A stretch of DNA of 64,000 nt from Octopus sinensis (lineage: Eukaryota), in assembly GCF_006345805.1 (NCBI RefSeq), contig NC_043004.1, forward strand, positions 33,232,001 to 33,296,000, in the 5' to 3' direction. Made by a program: the position numbers and the translations under genes. The notes below the pieces were generated by a model. That model made no database searches, had not been told where the DNA came from, and saw only the letters and a program-made list of their open reading frames with translations. Positions 11,448 through 24,828 of this stretch are shown here, piece by piece (positions within the stretch are counted from its first letter, which is position 1; every line of letters starts with the position of its first letter).

Positions 11448-12904
11448 AACACACACACATGCACATAATGTTGTGTGTAAGTATATGCGTATGTGAGAGT
11501 AAATATGTGTATATATATGTATTTGTGTGTATGTGTGCATGTGTATGCTTGTGTGAGCATGTATGTGTGTATGTGTGCATGTGATATGCATATAAGTGTG
11601 TGTGTGTGTGTGTGTGTGTGGATGTGAGTGTAAGCTTTAAAATGAAAACATATTTCAAACTCTACTCTCCTTCCTGTTTGGATATTTTTCAGGAAAATCC
11701 ATTTTTCCTGGTAAAACCATAAATGTACAAACATCTTTGTATTCTTGGTTTCCTGAGACCCAAAGAAACATTTCGAATTTGCCATTGTATTCATCAGGAT
11801 CCATAAATGTGTAGATTGCAACACATTTTTAGTGATTCCCATGCACAAAATGGAAAAGACGGGTGCAATCAAGAAAGGATTGGAAGCACACTGTGACTAG
11901 CGGTGTATAACAATATTTAGTAGTTTGATCAATACAGAGATTAGTTTACGGTAGAACCTCAGTTTATGAACACCTCTCATTGCTTACAAATAGGTTTATG
12001 AACAATTTTTCAAACATAAATTGTCTTGGGTAACAAATGGTGTCTTGCATAAGAAACATGCAAGCCAGCAACAACAGTTGGCGCCAAGCTGAGAGAATCA
12101 AAGGGAGAGCATTAGTTGCTGCCTGGCTTTGGCTCAGTTTATATCCCTGCTTGAATTTACCATAGATTCTCTTGAATTTTCTATGGTAAAATAGAATTGG
12201 TTTACAAAGATTTCAGGTAATGAACAGCCTTCAGGAGTGAATTAAATTTGAAACCAATGTTCACTGTATTTTTATTCAGGTGACAAGCAGGAAACATTTT
12301 GAAAATGTTTCCAATGTGAAAACAGTGATATTATCTAAGTTTTGTATGGCTAAAAACAAATTGAAAAGAAAATTTTTGTTGATAGGCTTTCAAAGTAAAC
12401 TTGTCAGACGAAATATATTAGAAATATTTGAAAATACATTAATAAATTTCTTAATATGTTTGGTCAGAAAGATAAAGAGAATTTGATAATTCAATAATAA
12501 ATAATGACAATGTTATTTGTAATCATTAATTGGTGATGTTGTTGTGTTTTATAGAACTTACAACTAATTTACATTATTTAATTAATGTTAACATAGTTAA
12601 TGAAAGGGTCATTAAAAATTTCTGAAGAAATAGTGATGCAATAATGAAATAACTATGTTAGACAATAACTATTTTCATTTTCAATGTTTCATGAAGCAAA
12701 GAACATAACTTGGGACAAGTTTCCACAATATAATAGTTGCTATTGCTAAAATAATTTGTATAGGTATCACACACATGCGTGCACATGTGCATACACACAA
12801 ACACACATGCATGCATAGACACACACATACACGCATGTATACATACGTGATGAAGATGCTGATGCTGATAATGGTAGTCTCTCAGAGTTCAGAAAATATG
12901 GTGT

Positions 12905-13170
12905 TCTGCCAGTTCTTACTGAATGGCCTGCTCAGATGATTTGTTTATAATGGGCGAATGCTTGTGTTGTGTGTTAGCTCACTCCTTGCATCAAATCGAT
13001 ATTACCTGGACAGGTACATTGTGTGCCACATGTCAGGTGTTGAAGTGATTGCAGAGCAATATGAGATGAAGTGTTTTGCTCAAGAACACAATGCACTGCC
13101 TGGTCCAAGAATTGAAACCACGATCCCACATTCATGTGTGCGACACCCTAACCACCAGGCCATGCACCCT
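12905..13170 (-). mobile_element. SINE family D (tRNA-like head, CORE-like ttgagcaaaacactt)
   Basis: Minus strand: agggtgcaTGGCCTGGTGGttaggg...GGTTTCAATTCtt; homologous to 63650-63880 and 40115-40290. Confidence 0.8.
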
Positions 13171-13363
13171 GAACACATGCAAACATATTTAGAGTAGATC
13201 CTTGTCTAACGATCTCTCATAAGGTAGTGAAGCAGCTCTCTAAGTGTTTCAGCTCCCTTCACTGCACATCGCATATGTGCATACATATATTTATATGTTT
13301 GTGCATGTGAGTGTGTATGGGCATGCATGGGTGTTTGTGTGTGCTCATGTGATATAATATATA

Positions 13364-13594
13364 CAGGGTGAGTCAAAAGTAGTGTCCTGTTTCAAGGAAG
13401 TCTTGCCTTTTGTTGTTGTTTTGCAGGTTATTACTGACAGTTTTGGAAGTTACTTAATCCGGATCATGTTGTTTATACTCTTTGATAATCCCAATCTGTA
13501 GAACAAGAATTAGGAGTCAAAACTCTCTCCCAATTGAGAAGTCATACATATCAACCCTAAAACAACAATTGGGTTCTACTTTTAACTCACCCTG
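13364..13594. mobile_element. Tc1/mariner-type MITE
   Basis: TA|cagggtgagtcaaaagtag ... ctacttttaactcaccctg|TA: 19-bp TIR with 1 mismatch and a TA duplication. Confidence 0.85.
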
Positions 13595-13761
13595 TATACT
13601 GTACAGTCAATTTTGCCTTTCATGTTTTCGGGATCAATAAAATAAGTACCAGTTATGCACTGGAGGTTGATGCAATTGATTTACTTCTACTTTCAAATTT
13701 CAGACCTTCTGTCTATAGTAGAAAGGATTATCCTTATTATTACCATTCCTACCAAAGCAGC

Positions 13762-13965
13762 AAGTTGGCAGAATTGTTATCATGCTGGGCAAAATGCTTA
13801 GCAGCATTTATTCTAACCTTTAAGGTTCTGAGTTCAAATGCTGTCAAGGCTGACTTTGCCTTTCATCCATTGTGGGGGGTGGGGTGGAAGTCGATAGAAA
13901 AGTATCAGTTGATACAGTTGATTAAACTTCTAAGATTGCTAACACTGTGTCAAAATTTGAATGAA
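13762..13965 (+). mobile_element. Old SINE B-related copy (B2)
   Basis: ttggcagaattgttatcatgctgggc...ctgagttcaaat...gactttgcctttcatcc. Confidence 0.7.
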
Positions 13966-14086
13966 TTATTATTATTATTATTATTATTATTATCATCATC
14001 CTCATCGCTATTATTGTTTCTTTTTGTCATGGGTTTTGTTAGAACTCCTGGAGTCATGCATGCGTAGCAGTTATTATTATTATTAC

Positions 14087-14123
<37 letters not shown>

Positions 14124-14156
14124 GTTGGTATTAGTGTTATAGTTCCATTAAATCAC

Positions 14157-14238
14157 CTGCTGTTGGTGGAGAGATTTAGTAGAAAAGTGGGCATGAAGAA
14201 TACATTGGAAATTCTAACTTTGCTCACCAGTTCAACTC
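14157..14238 (-). CDS. Candidate internal exon of the unidentified minus-strand gene
   Basis: NAGNAG acceptor tttgatagcag| and donor CAG|GTGATT; open frame GVELVSKVRISNVFFMPTFLLNLSTNS. Confidence 0.3.
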
Positions 14239-15076
14239 CTGCTATCAAACATAAATAAACAGTCACAAAATGAAGCAGAAAATGTTTATTGTTGAAAAGG
14301 AATAAATCTTTCCTTTGAATGAAGAAAATATATTTATGGAAGAATTTAAAAAATAAAAAAAAAAGTAGGAAGTAAATGATATATAACAAAGTTTATTCCA
14401 AGAAATATATTTTTTAAAAAAAGAGAATGATGCGATACACATCTTAGCTAATGTATTCTATCAGATAAGTACATTTACTGAAAAGATAGATATAGCTTAG
14501 AAGTTGGCAAAATGTGTTTAGGAGAGAGACAGATGATAGAAATCTCATGAACAACGAGGCAGTTAAAGGATATCGATCTGGATGTCATTTAAGTGTTTAC
14601 GCAACACTGCAAGCGAACAAAAATTCAAGGAAATCAACAAGACAGGCAAATTGTAATGTTATTATGAGTTGCAGTACAGTAAAGCAAGGAGTGCGAATGA
14701 AATGAAGAGACAATAAGGAAAGTTAGTTAAGGGTGAGATAAACAGATTGAGGCCAGTGGATGTAAGTAATGCCATTTAAAAGATTAAAATGTCCAAAGCG
14801 CTTAAACTGAGCAGCATAAATAATAATTACTAAACCTTCAAGCAGATTAAGTCTAAAGATATTCGCATGCAATTAGTATCAATACAGATTTCGTTTCCTG
14901 AAGCAATATATGGAATTTTCAGGGTTGTATTTGATCAACTTTATCTTTACTGTGGCAATGTGATCATAGCCAGGACGTAACACTCAACAAACCTGTTTAA
15001 ACTAGCTGTAAGTAAATATCAGAGGTGCTATAGATTACAATTGTAACAGAACTATTGCCTGGTGAGTTGCTTGTAC

Positions 15077-15148
15077 CTTGCTGTTGAGCATTTCCAGAAA
15101 TAATGCGAATAATGCAAATAGTTTTGGAATATCAACCGTTTCCTTGGA
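15077..15148 (-). CDS. Candidate internal exon (72 bp, phase 0-0)
   Basis: Acceptor ctttttctttgctacataatttag| and donor AAG|GTACAA; open frame SKETVDIPKLFALFALFLEMLNSK. Confidence 0.35.
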
Positions 15149-15221
15149 CTAAATTATGTAGCAAAGAAAAAGGTGGAGGTCATGATTCACTGCTGTAGAC
15201 AATAAGCACACTGTTATGTTC

Positions 15222-15428
15222 TTTTATTCTTTTACTTGTTTCAGTCATTTGACTGTGGCCATGCTGGAGCATCACCTTTAGTCAAACAAATCAACCCCAG
15301 GACTTATTCTTTGTAAGCCTTGTACTTATTCTATCAGTGTCTTTTGCCAAACTGCTAGGTTATTGGTATGTAAACACACCATCATCAGTTGCCAAGCAAT
15401 GGTGGTGGGGAAAAACACAGACTCACAA

Positions 15429-15483
<55 letters not shown>

Positions 15484-15630
15484 TGACTGGCTTCTTTCAG
15501 TTTCTGTCTACCAAATCCACTCACAAGGCTTTGGTTGAAGACACTTGCCCAAGGTGTCACGCAGTGGGATTGAACCCAGAATAATGTGGTCGGCAAGCAA
15601 GCTACTTACCTCACAGTCACTCCCGCATCC
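15222..15630 (-). mobile_element. SINE family A
   Basis: Same structure with a small internal deletion. Confidence 0.85.
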
Positions 15631-15915
15631 ATATGAGCAACTTGTTTGGTAGTTTTTTCCTCAAGATTTTCAGTGGTTGAAAGCACTTTACAAAAAGAAA
15701 TGTCAGAACAAAGGCAGCACAAAAGAAAATTTCTGAGTTTCAAAATCTAAACTCTATTTTGAGAAATCTTTTGTTCTTTGAAAACAAATATTTAGCCATT
15801 TGGTTTAGCATCCTTACAGAAGGTGGCAGCAAGTAGCAAGCCTGCTATGCATGCAAAACTCCAGGAGCTCCAAAAAAACCTGTGATATAGAGAAATAATA
15901 ATAATAATAATAATA

Positions 15916-15951
<36 letters not shown>

Positions 15952-15979
15952 TCCACTTGCAGACTGCTTCCTCATTATT

Positions 15980-16190
15980 ACAGTGAGTGAAGGCAATGAG
16001 CTGGTAGAATGTTGAGCCCATTGGAAAAAATGCTTGGCAGTATTTAATCTGGCTTTAGGCTCTGAGTTCAAATTATGCCAAGGTCAGCTGTGTCTTTCAA
16101 CATTTCAGGGTTGATAATATTAGTACCAGTTAGATACTGGGGTCGATGTAACTGACTTATCTCCTTCCCTGAAATTGTTGGCTTTTCTTT
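15980..16190 (+). mobile_element. Old SINE B2 copy
   Basis: gagctggtagaatgttgagccc...ctgagttcaaattatgcc...gtaccagtt...ctggggtcgatgtaactgac. Confidence 0.7.
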
Positions 16191-16395
16191 TACTCATTTA
16201 TTTGTTTCAGCCATTTGACTACGGCCATGCTGGAGCACCGCCATTAGTTGAACAAATTGACTTAAGAGTCTTATTCTTTGTAAGCCTACTACTTATTCTA
16301 TAGCTCTCTTTTACCGAATTGCTAAGTTACAGGGATGTAAACACACCAACATCAGCTGACAAGTGATGTGAGGGAACAAACATACATACATATAC

Positions 16396-16430
<35 letters not shown>

Positions 16431-16620
16431 ATATATATATATAAATTAGGAAAAAAACACCTTTTATCAATTCAATAATGAAAAATTAAATTATACCATT
16501 TAGAAAAAATTACATATTATATAGGAAGATTAAATATGTAAATTTGGAATAATATTCCCTCATATTATTATTATTATTATTTATTATTATTATTATTATT
16601 ATTATATTATTATTATTATT

Positions 16621-16715
<95 letters not shown>

Positions 16716-16885
16716 GTATATACACAATGGGCTTCTTTCAGTTTCTGTCTACCAAATCCACTCACAAGGCTTTGTTGGTCAGCCTGAGGCTATAGTAGGA
16801 GACACTTGCCCAAGGTGCCACACAGTGGGACTGAACCCGAAACCATATGGTTGGTTAGCAAGCTACTTATCTCACACAGCCACAC
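16190..16885 (-). mobile_element. SINE family A with ~300 bp extra sequence in its internal microsatellite
   Basis: Both halves present; 16443-16562 is non-repetitive sequence followed by (ATT)n/(ATC)n. Confidence 0.85.
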
Positions 16886-17386
16886 CATGATATCATTTAG
16901 TAATTTTACTTAATTGCAATTCCCTGTCCTTTTCTTTTTTTCCATCAGTTAGAGCAAAAAGGTTATAGACATTTCAACCATTGGCATCTCTACTCCTCCA
17001 TTATTTTGTAATCTGAAACACTTCATATCACAAATCTTCAGGTTGATGAATATTCATGACCCTCTTTCTGCTCCCCTTCGCCTTTTGGCTGAGTATACCT
17101 GACACCAAGCTGATTACTTGAAGGGCTCTGAGAGAGACGTCTTTCCTTTTAGCTTTTCCAAGTCTACACTGGAAGGTTACCTTCCGTTCGGCTGGGACTT
17201 GGCACCTTGCATGATGGGCAGATCTGGCCGTTAGTCCTCAGCAGGTTGTTTCGTGAAGACTCCAAGTCTTCCTCCTTCTCCACCTCTTCTGCCTTGTCAT
17301 CATTATCATCGTTATCATCACCATCATCACCTCCACCACCACCACATGATGATGATGTCGATGCCTGTGGGGGTGATGGTGATGAT

Positions 17387-18167
17387 GGCGGCAAGCTGGC
17401 GGAAACATTAACACGGGTGAAATGCGTAGCCATATTTTGTCTGCCACTACGTTCTGAGTTCAAATTCCGCCGAGGTCGACCCTGCCTTTCATCCTTTTGG
17501 GGTCAATTAAATAAGTACCAGTTACGCACTGGGGTCGAAATATCCGACTTAATCTGTTTGTCTGTCCTTGTTTGTCCTCTCTGTGTTTAGCCCCTTGTGG
17601 GTAGTAAAGAAGTGGGTGTTTCGTCTGCCGCTATGTTCTGAGTTCAAATTCCCCCGAGGTTGACTTTGCCTTTTGTCCTTTCGGGGTCGATTAAATAAGT
17701 ACCAGTTACCTACTGGGGTCGATATAATCGACTTAATCCATTTGTCTGTCCTTGTTTGTCCTCTCTGAGTTTAGCCCCTTGTGGGTAGTAAAGAAATAGG
17801 TGTTTCGTTTGCCACTATGTTCTGAGTTCAAATTCTGCCGAGGTCGACTTTGCCTTTCATCCTTTCGGGGTCGATTAAATAAGCACTAGTTATGAACTGG
17901 GGTTGATGTAATCGACTTAATCCATTTGTCTGTCCTTGTTTGTCCTCTCTGTGTTTAGCCCCTTGTGGGTAGTAAAGAAATAGGTGTTTCTTCTGCCGCT
18001 ATGTTCTGAGTTCAAATTCCGCCGAGGTTGACTTTGCCTTTCATCCTTTCGGCGTCGATTAAATATGTACCAGTTACGCACTGGGGTCGATATAATCGAC
18101 TTAATCCATTTGTCTGTCCTTGTTTGTCCTCTCTGTGTTTAGCCCCTTGTGGGTAGTAAAGAAATAG
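17387..18167 (+). mobile_element. SINE family B tetramer (one headed unit plus three 184-bp headless units)
   Basis: Junctions at ~17615/6, 17799/800 and 17983/4; the last two read aaagaaatag|gtgtttc and the first is a variant (aaagaagtgg|gtgtttc). B box gagttcaaattcc in every unit. Confidence 0.9.
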
Positions 18168-18539
18168 ATGATGATGATGATGATGTCAACCTCATTTATG
18201 AACTGGATGTCACACCCCACCACACATACACACACACCCACACACACACCGTATCCCTACCTCAGCCCTTCCATTACGGTCTTGTGCCACCGTAAGATAT
18301 CGATATTAAACATTGCTAACATTATATCCTCATGTAGTGATATATCTGTTTTTTATTGACCTCACCACCACAACCCCAACATTTATTAAAAAACTATCAG
18401 ATATCCTCTTCTATGTTCCACTGAAATAAGTGGCTGTCAATGGCGTGATTTTTATCACAGTTTTATACATCTAACTGCTCCTTAGAGTCCTCAGTTCACG
18501 ACAGTGATTACTTTATGGCACTAATTTCTTAGTAATGTG

Positions 18540-18611
18540 TTCAGCTGTGTGTGTGTTTGTGTGCTTGTGTGCCTGTGTGTTTTATGAATTAATATGTGTG
18601 TGTGTGTATAT

Positions 18612-18648
<37 letters not shown>

Positions 18649-19068
18649 GTAATAAATAAAATATATGCATACATACAAACATATATGTACGTACCGACAT
18701 ATATATATATATATATAATATATATGTAAATGTACATATATGTGAGTATGTGAATGTATATATGTACATATATATATATAGCTATACATATATATATATA
18801 TATATATATATAGCTATACATATATATATATATATATACATACACACACACATATATATATATATGCATATGTGTGTATGTGTGTGTACATATATATTAT
18901 AGATTAATACATATACCTATATTTTATATACCTACATCTATATCTATAACTCTGACTTTCTCTCTCTCTCTCTTTCTCTCTCTCTATAATATATTTTTTG
19001 TATGTGTAATCTATCTATCCATCATATATATATATATATGTGTATGCATATATATATGTGTATGTATG

Positions 19069-19116
<48 letters not shown>

Positions 19117-19195
19117 TGTATGTATATATATATATACACACACATACATATATATACATATCCATATATATATACATATATATATATATACACAT

Positions 19196-19257
<62 letters not shown>

Positions 19258-19375
19258 GTACATATATTCAACTATATACATATGTATGAATGCACATAAT
19301 ATACATACATTACATGCAACTACACACACATGTATGCATCTATGAATATGTATGTGTCTGTATATCTGAAATGTA
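18540..19375. repeat. Compound (TA)n/(CA)n/(TATG)n microsatellite block
   Basis: Directly visible. Confidence 0.95.
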
Positions 19376-20081
19376 CTTATGTTGCTGCTGGTCATCTCAA
19401 CTGGGAGTCATTGACCATACATCTTTACTTTGAAGCACTTCATTTACTCTAATATTGTCCAGTCAGTTGTTAAACTTGCGATATAATGTTTCTAATATAT
19501 TCCAGCATCCATCCCCAGGGCTACTTTAAGATGAAGTAGACTATTTTGTCAACAAAATAAAGAAATATAAAAATGGTAAGATGAAAATAATAAAAAAAGA
19601 AGCCTCAACAACCTTGTTTTCAAATGTTACATTCTGTTGGTAAGAGACATAGAGAGAGGAAGAGAGAGACAGAGACATAGAGAGAGAGAGAGAGAGAAAC
19701 GGTGGTGGTGGAAGTGAGGGTAAGGGTAAGAGGGAGAAAAGAAATGGGAGTGGGAGGGAGAAAGAGAAAAATGAAATATGGAAAGAAGAGGAAAAAAATG
19801 TCAATAGATTTGTGGCTTGAAGGAAAATCTATTTGAAGACAGTGAAATGGACAGAAATATATAGAGAAGCTAATATATTGAATACATGCAAACCTAGTTC
19901 CTCTTATCCTTTCATTCGCTTTTATCTGTGCCAAGATATGAGTATCTCTAAGTATAACATACAAGTGTTATGTTACGTGTGTGGACTTGCAGGTTTTTAT
20001 CTCATCAAATATCTATAAACTTATAATTTTAACGCTTATTAATTTCAATGCATCCTTCAGCTTCAAATCTACTCTTATTAC

Positions 20082-20283
20082 CTTAACAAAGAACTCTATT
20101 GCAGCATTAATGAATAATTCCTTCACCACTTTAACAAACAACTGAAGGATCTTATTCTTTAATAATTCTGCTATTTCAGACTGTCTGCTGCTCGGTATAT
20201 ATTTTTATTAACCGTTCTTCATAGAGATGAGAATCTATTATCAAATGAGAAAATTCTAATCTGACTTCTTTAATAAGTATCTC
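20082..20283 (-). pseudogene. Candidate exon (202 bp) with one frameshift
   Basis: Acceptor ccattctttctattcag|GAG and donor AAG|GTAATA. Deleting one base of the A5 run (+ strand ttttt 20202-20206) gives 67 open codons: EILIKEVRLEFSHLIIDSHLYEERLIKYIPSSRQSEIAELLKNKILQLFVKVVKELFINAAIEFFVK. Confidence 0.4.
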
Positions 20284-20514
20284 CTGAATAGAAAGAATGG
20301 CAAAAATATTTGAATTCCCAATTCGAATTCTTCCATTTTATTTCTTCACATCTTTGCTAATAATTTACATAATTAAAAGCAAAAGTCAGGCTAATAACGA
20401 GGAATACTGTTAACATTTAATATTGTACTTGAGCCCCTCCCCCACACATTGTGTTATATTGTATTATATTATATTATATATATTATATTATATTATATTA
20501 TATTATATTATATC

Positions 20515-20870
20515 ATCATCATCATCATCATCATCATTTAACGTCCGCTTTCCATGCTAGCATGGTTTGGACGGTTCAACTGGGGTCTGGGGAGCCCGAA
20601 GGCTGCACCAGGCCAGTCAGATCTGGCAGTGTTTCTACAGCTGGATACCCTTCCTAACACCAACCACTCCGAGAGTGTAGTGGGTGATTTTATGTGCCAC
20701 CGACACAGGTGCCAGACGAGGCTGGCGAACGGCCACGCTCGGATGGTGTTTTTATGTGCCACCGACACAGGTGCCAGACGAAGCTGGCGAACGGCCACGC
20801 TCGGATGGTGTTTTTATGTGCCACCGACACAGGTGCCAGACAAGGCTGGCAGACGACCACGCTCGGATTA
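20515..20870 (-). mobile_element. RTE 3'UTR fragment (family C) with three ~61-bp tandem units
   Basis: (TCA)n tail complement at 20515; tttatgtgccaccgacacaggtgccagac occurs three times (~20690-20850). Confidence 0.85.
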
Positions 20871-21725
20871 TATATATATATATATCTGTCCCTCTCTCCC
20901 TCTCTTTCCTTCTTCCTCCTTAACTCTCTTGTTGCTCACACTTGACCATCATCCATCTTTTTTTTCCATACATGTTCATCTTTCTTTTCTTCTGGTCTGT
21001 TGCACAGACGAGACATATTCTTGTCTGTCTCCTCTCTTATCTTTTCTCCTCTCAAAGAATGTTCCTCAGCATTCGCCACCTTACCCTGTCTCGCTTAGCA
21101 GCCCTTGCTACTTGTTTCACTGTCCTGTTTTTGTTACGAACTTTGACCCACCGCAAAATCCCAAATCTTATTTTGGTTTGTGAGAGCGACTTTTTTCTCG
21201 AACACACATATTGTCATGAATTGCATGAAATGTGGAGTAGATAAACAGCCAACAACTGATGAAGGGTCGTTCTTTATGTTTCTTGTCTTGTTTTCCATTT
21301 GTTTTTCTCATTGTTCGCAAAAAATGTTCGTCTTTGTATTTCATCTTATTTTTTGCATTTCTGATTTCATGTTTTCGTATTTCATGTTGTTTACATTTTG
21401 GGACGTCCTGCACCCATATATGGATTTATATATGCATATATATGTCAGTATGTACATATATGTATGTATATATGCCGACATCCAAAACTCTGAGTTTTAT
21501 TATGGCAACTAGTTAAATTGTTACGTATTATATTACAGATAAATTCCTCTATTTACATATCGAAGTCTCATTCATTCTTTTGTTGTCATACTATTACTAT
21601 TAATATATGTGTGTGTGTGTGTGTGTGCATGTGTGTGTGTGTGTGCATGTGTGTTGTGCATGTGTGTTTGTGCATGTGTGTGTGAGAATTATATATATAT
21701 ACATACATACATACATACATAATAC

Positions 21726-21819
<94 letters not shown>

Positions 21820-22234
21820 ATTACAGCATTTGGTTTTGGAAACAGAATTGGTTGTAGAGAAAGTCCTGTCCCATTTTTGAGAGGATCCCTTTCAAGGTAC
21901 TTTTCCAATTCTCACAATAGAATAACATTAATCTTTTCATTCTACAGTTTTTGTTTTTTCTTTGTAGATTACTTTATGTCCTAGCAGTTAAATTCTTATT
22001 GATTTTTGCCCATTTAAAATGAGTTATGCTCAGACCCTCCCACCCTCTGCATGCTGTATTAGTTCAACAGGAATTCTTCAGTAATGGCATCAGCAAAAAA
22101 TATTTGTTCTGTCTTTGCAAATGAAATTTTAAATGTCCAAAGATGTTGATGATGGCTTCATCAGTTTATCCCAGGAAATTTTTCTCTCACAGAATCAAGT
22201 TCAATCAATAATGAGCTTCTGAAAATGATAGCTC

Positions 22235-22449
22235 TTTTACTCTTTTACTAGTCTCACTCATTTGACTGCGGCCATGCTGGAGCACTGTTTTTAGTCGAGT
22301 AAATCGCTCCCAGGACTTATTCTTTGTAAGCCTAGTACTTATTCTATCAATCTCTTTTGCTAAGTTACGGGGACATAAACGGGGACGTAAACACACCAAG
22401 CGATGTTGGGGACACAAACACAGACACACAGACATATACACAAACATAC

Positions 22450-22484
<35 letters not shown>

Positions 22485-22648
22485 CGACAGGCTTCTTTCA
22501 GTTTCCGCCTACCAAATCCACTCACAAAGCTTTGGTCGGCCCGAGGCTACAGTAGAAAACACTTGCCCAAGGTGCCACACAGTGGGACTGAACCCGGAAC
22601 CATGTGGTTGGTAAGCAAGCTACTGACCACATAGCCACTCCTGCGCCT
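22235..22648 (-). mobile_element. SINE family A
   Basis: Full-length copy. Confidence 0.9.
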
Positions 22649-22734
22649 AGGAAAATCTGAAACAAACTGCATGAGTTTTCCCAAAACAGTTCAATTCGAG
22701 TCACACTTTGATCATAGAATACCTACATGAACGA

Positions 22735-23515
22735 GGAAATCTAAACTTGGTCAGTGAGGTCTTCAAAATCTGACCACTTCTCAGCTGAATGAAAAGTTGA
22801 CCTTTGCTCATCATTGAAGACTAAGTCAACATACTACTGAATCATTCCTGAGTAGAATCTTCACAAGTAATGAAAAGTGAGTTCTCTGTAATCCAATACA
22901 AACAACAATGATAAGCATTGAATGAAGAAGAAGAAGAGTGAATCCTTAAACCAGACTCCACCTGCTCTGTGTTTGCTGGGATAAGAAGGGGGTCATCTCT
23001 CATTAAGTGTTAAACCAAAATGAAACAGTTTATGTGGAGATGTATTGTTGTCAGCTGGAAGCGTTACACAAAAGCTTGCAGAAAAATCATCCATCATTGG
23101 TTAATTGCAAAGGTGAGTTGTTCTTACAAGATAATGTAAGACCACACATTGTCCAAGTCATTCAGGAAATGATTATTCCGCAAAATATGGAAATTTTGCC
23201 TCATCCTCCTTCTTCCTCTGACCTTGATCCTTCCGACTTTCATCTTTCAGATCATTGCAACATTACTGAGAGGAAAAATAGTTTATTAGCTGCAAAGAGT
23301 TTAAAAACGATATCCAGTGTTTGTTTGCTTTGAAACCTGAAGAATTATATGCCTGTGAAATCAACAATTTGGTGAATATACGGAATTATGTTATCGATAT
23401 AAAGGAGAAATATTATCTTCATTAAATATATGAATCTAAACAATATTAAGACCAAGAAGCATTTGTGTTTTTTTTTTCCTCATTCTGCAATGCTACAGGA
23501 CTTTCTTTCCTGCCT
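22735..23515 (+). pseudogene. Degenerate mariner (DD34D-type) transposase
   Basis: GKSKLGQ*...ESFLSRIFTSNEK*VL...LCVCWDKKGVI...LFLQDNVRPH...EILPHPPSSSDLDPSDFHL, corresponding to the mariner WVPH, TxDEKW, QDNARPH and HPPYSPDLAPSDFHLF motifs; several stops and frameshifts. Confidence 0.9.
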
Positions 23516-24134
23516 TATACACTATGTATGCATTCAATTTTCTCTCTTGAATGAGTTTTCCAGAGAACTACATTGTGGTGGCAAGCTGATTCTTTGAAGA
23601 TTTTTTCATTGGAAGGCAATGAAGATATCCTTAGGAAATATCTTTAACCAGGCCTTTTTTGAAAGGATATTGGGGTGTAATAAAGGAAAAACTAAATGTT
23701 CTGTGTGTAATAGCACATTTAATCCATACACAAATCCTTACTCGAAGAAGTTTTCTACATGAATAAACAATTCAACTATCACAAAGGCATGTTTCCTATT
23801 TCCTTTGGTTTGCAGTGTCTGGGAACGTGTGTTGCAATCACTCCTTGTCATAAATGCATGGTAAACTGGTGAGTAAATGTATATGCAGGATTAAAATAAC
23901 AATTTAAATCATGAAGGTAGCAACTTCCATGTTTTCCCTTAAATTTCTAAATCAGATCTTTCCTGGCTTGTGTTTTCTTATGGGAAAAGTCTTTTTTCTT
24001 AACTTTAGCATTTGGTCTGCAAGATTCTTAATGTGAACTCATGTGTTGAAATATATTTTCTTTCTTCGTGGGAGGGTCTTTATGCCAGTAGTAAACATAC
24101 ACACACACTGCTTCTATTTTGCTTCTTTATTTTC

Positions 24135-24310
24135 GTTTGTCAGTTGATTAACCACGTAACCAGTTAACTAATTAATTGTTTGATTAAACTTTTAGTCAAG
24201 CAATCAATCAGCTAGGTTTGTCATTTGTGACATCATCAATGACACTGGCTGATTGATTGGCTGAATAATTAATCATGAGTTAATAGGTTAAATGTTAACC
24301 AATTTACAAA
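24135..24310. repeat. Imperfect fold-back (MITE-like)
   Basis: caatcaatcagctag versus ctggctgattgattg, inner gtcatt/aatgac, and weaker outer arms. Confidence 0.55.
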
Positions 24311-24758
24311 TAATAATAAAGTGAAACACAACCAGTGGGTGTGTTTATTGTTGGCATAATGATCCTCTCAATACACCTCAAAAAATGATTTTTTTCTTAC
24401 TTTTAGGTTATTTTCTAGTATATCATTACTGCTAGTTTCTAGTGATTTTAAATGTATTTCGATTCTGTTTTACAGATGTTTTCATATGTTCAGCCTAATC
24501 TATTACATAACAATACATTCTATGTGTGCTTTTCTAATTCTCAATAGATATAATGTATGACGTAATTGTTGCATTATATTGGTGTCTGTATGTTTGTACG
24601 GCTTCACCTGTTTGTTTGTATGCTTCTGGTTGATTAGCTGTTCACTTATTCTCTGCATGTCATTACGTAGCGCTTCGTTTGTGCAACACAATCTTAATGA
24701 TTTCTTCCAGTAGAGGCTTTACATCTGACGTTTTGTATCACTCTCTACATTATGCATA

Positions 24759-24792
<34 letters not shown>

Positions 24793-24828
24793 CTGAGGCC
24801 CAAAGATTGAAGGTCATATATATATATG

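Noticed and set aside
11650-11830. Protein-like minus-strand frame MDPDEYNGKFEMFLWVSGNQEYKDV...
   Set aside because: An in-frame stop lies just upstream with no acceptor and no clear donor; unidentifiable.
11945-12490. Tigger/pogo-like element
   Set aside because: Only a left-end-like motif (tacggtagaacctcagtttatgaac) was seen; no matching right TIR or convincing transposase.
17387-20870. 184-bp and ~61-bp tandem units as CRISPR-like arrays
   Set aside because: No unique spacers; the units are SINE and LINE-UTR segments in eukaryotic DNA.
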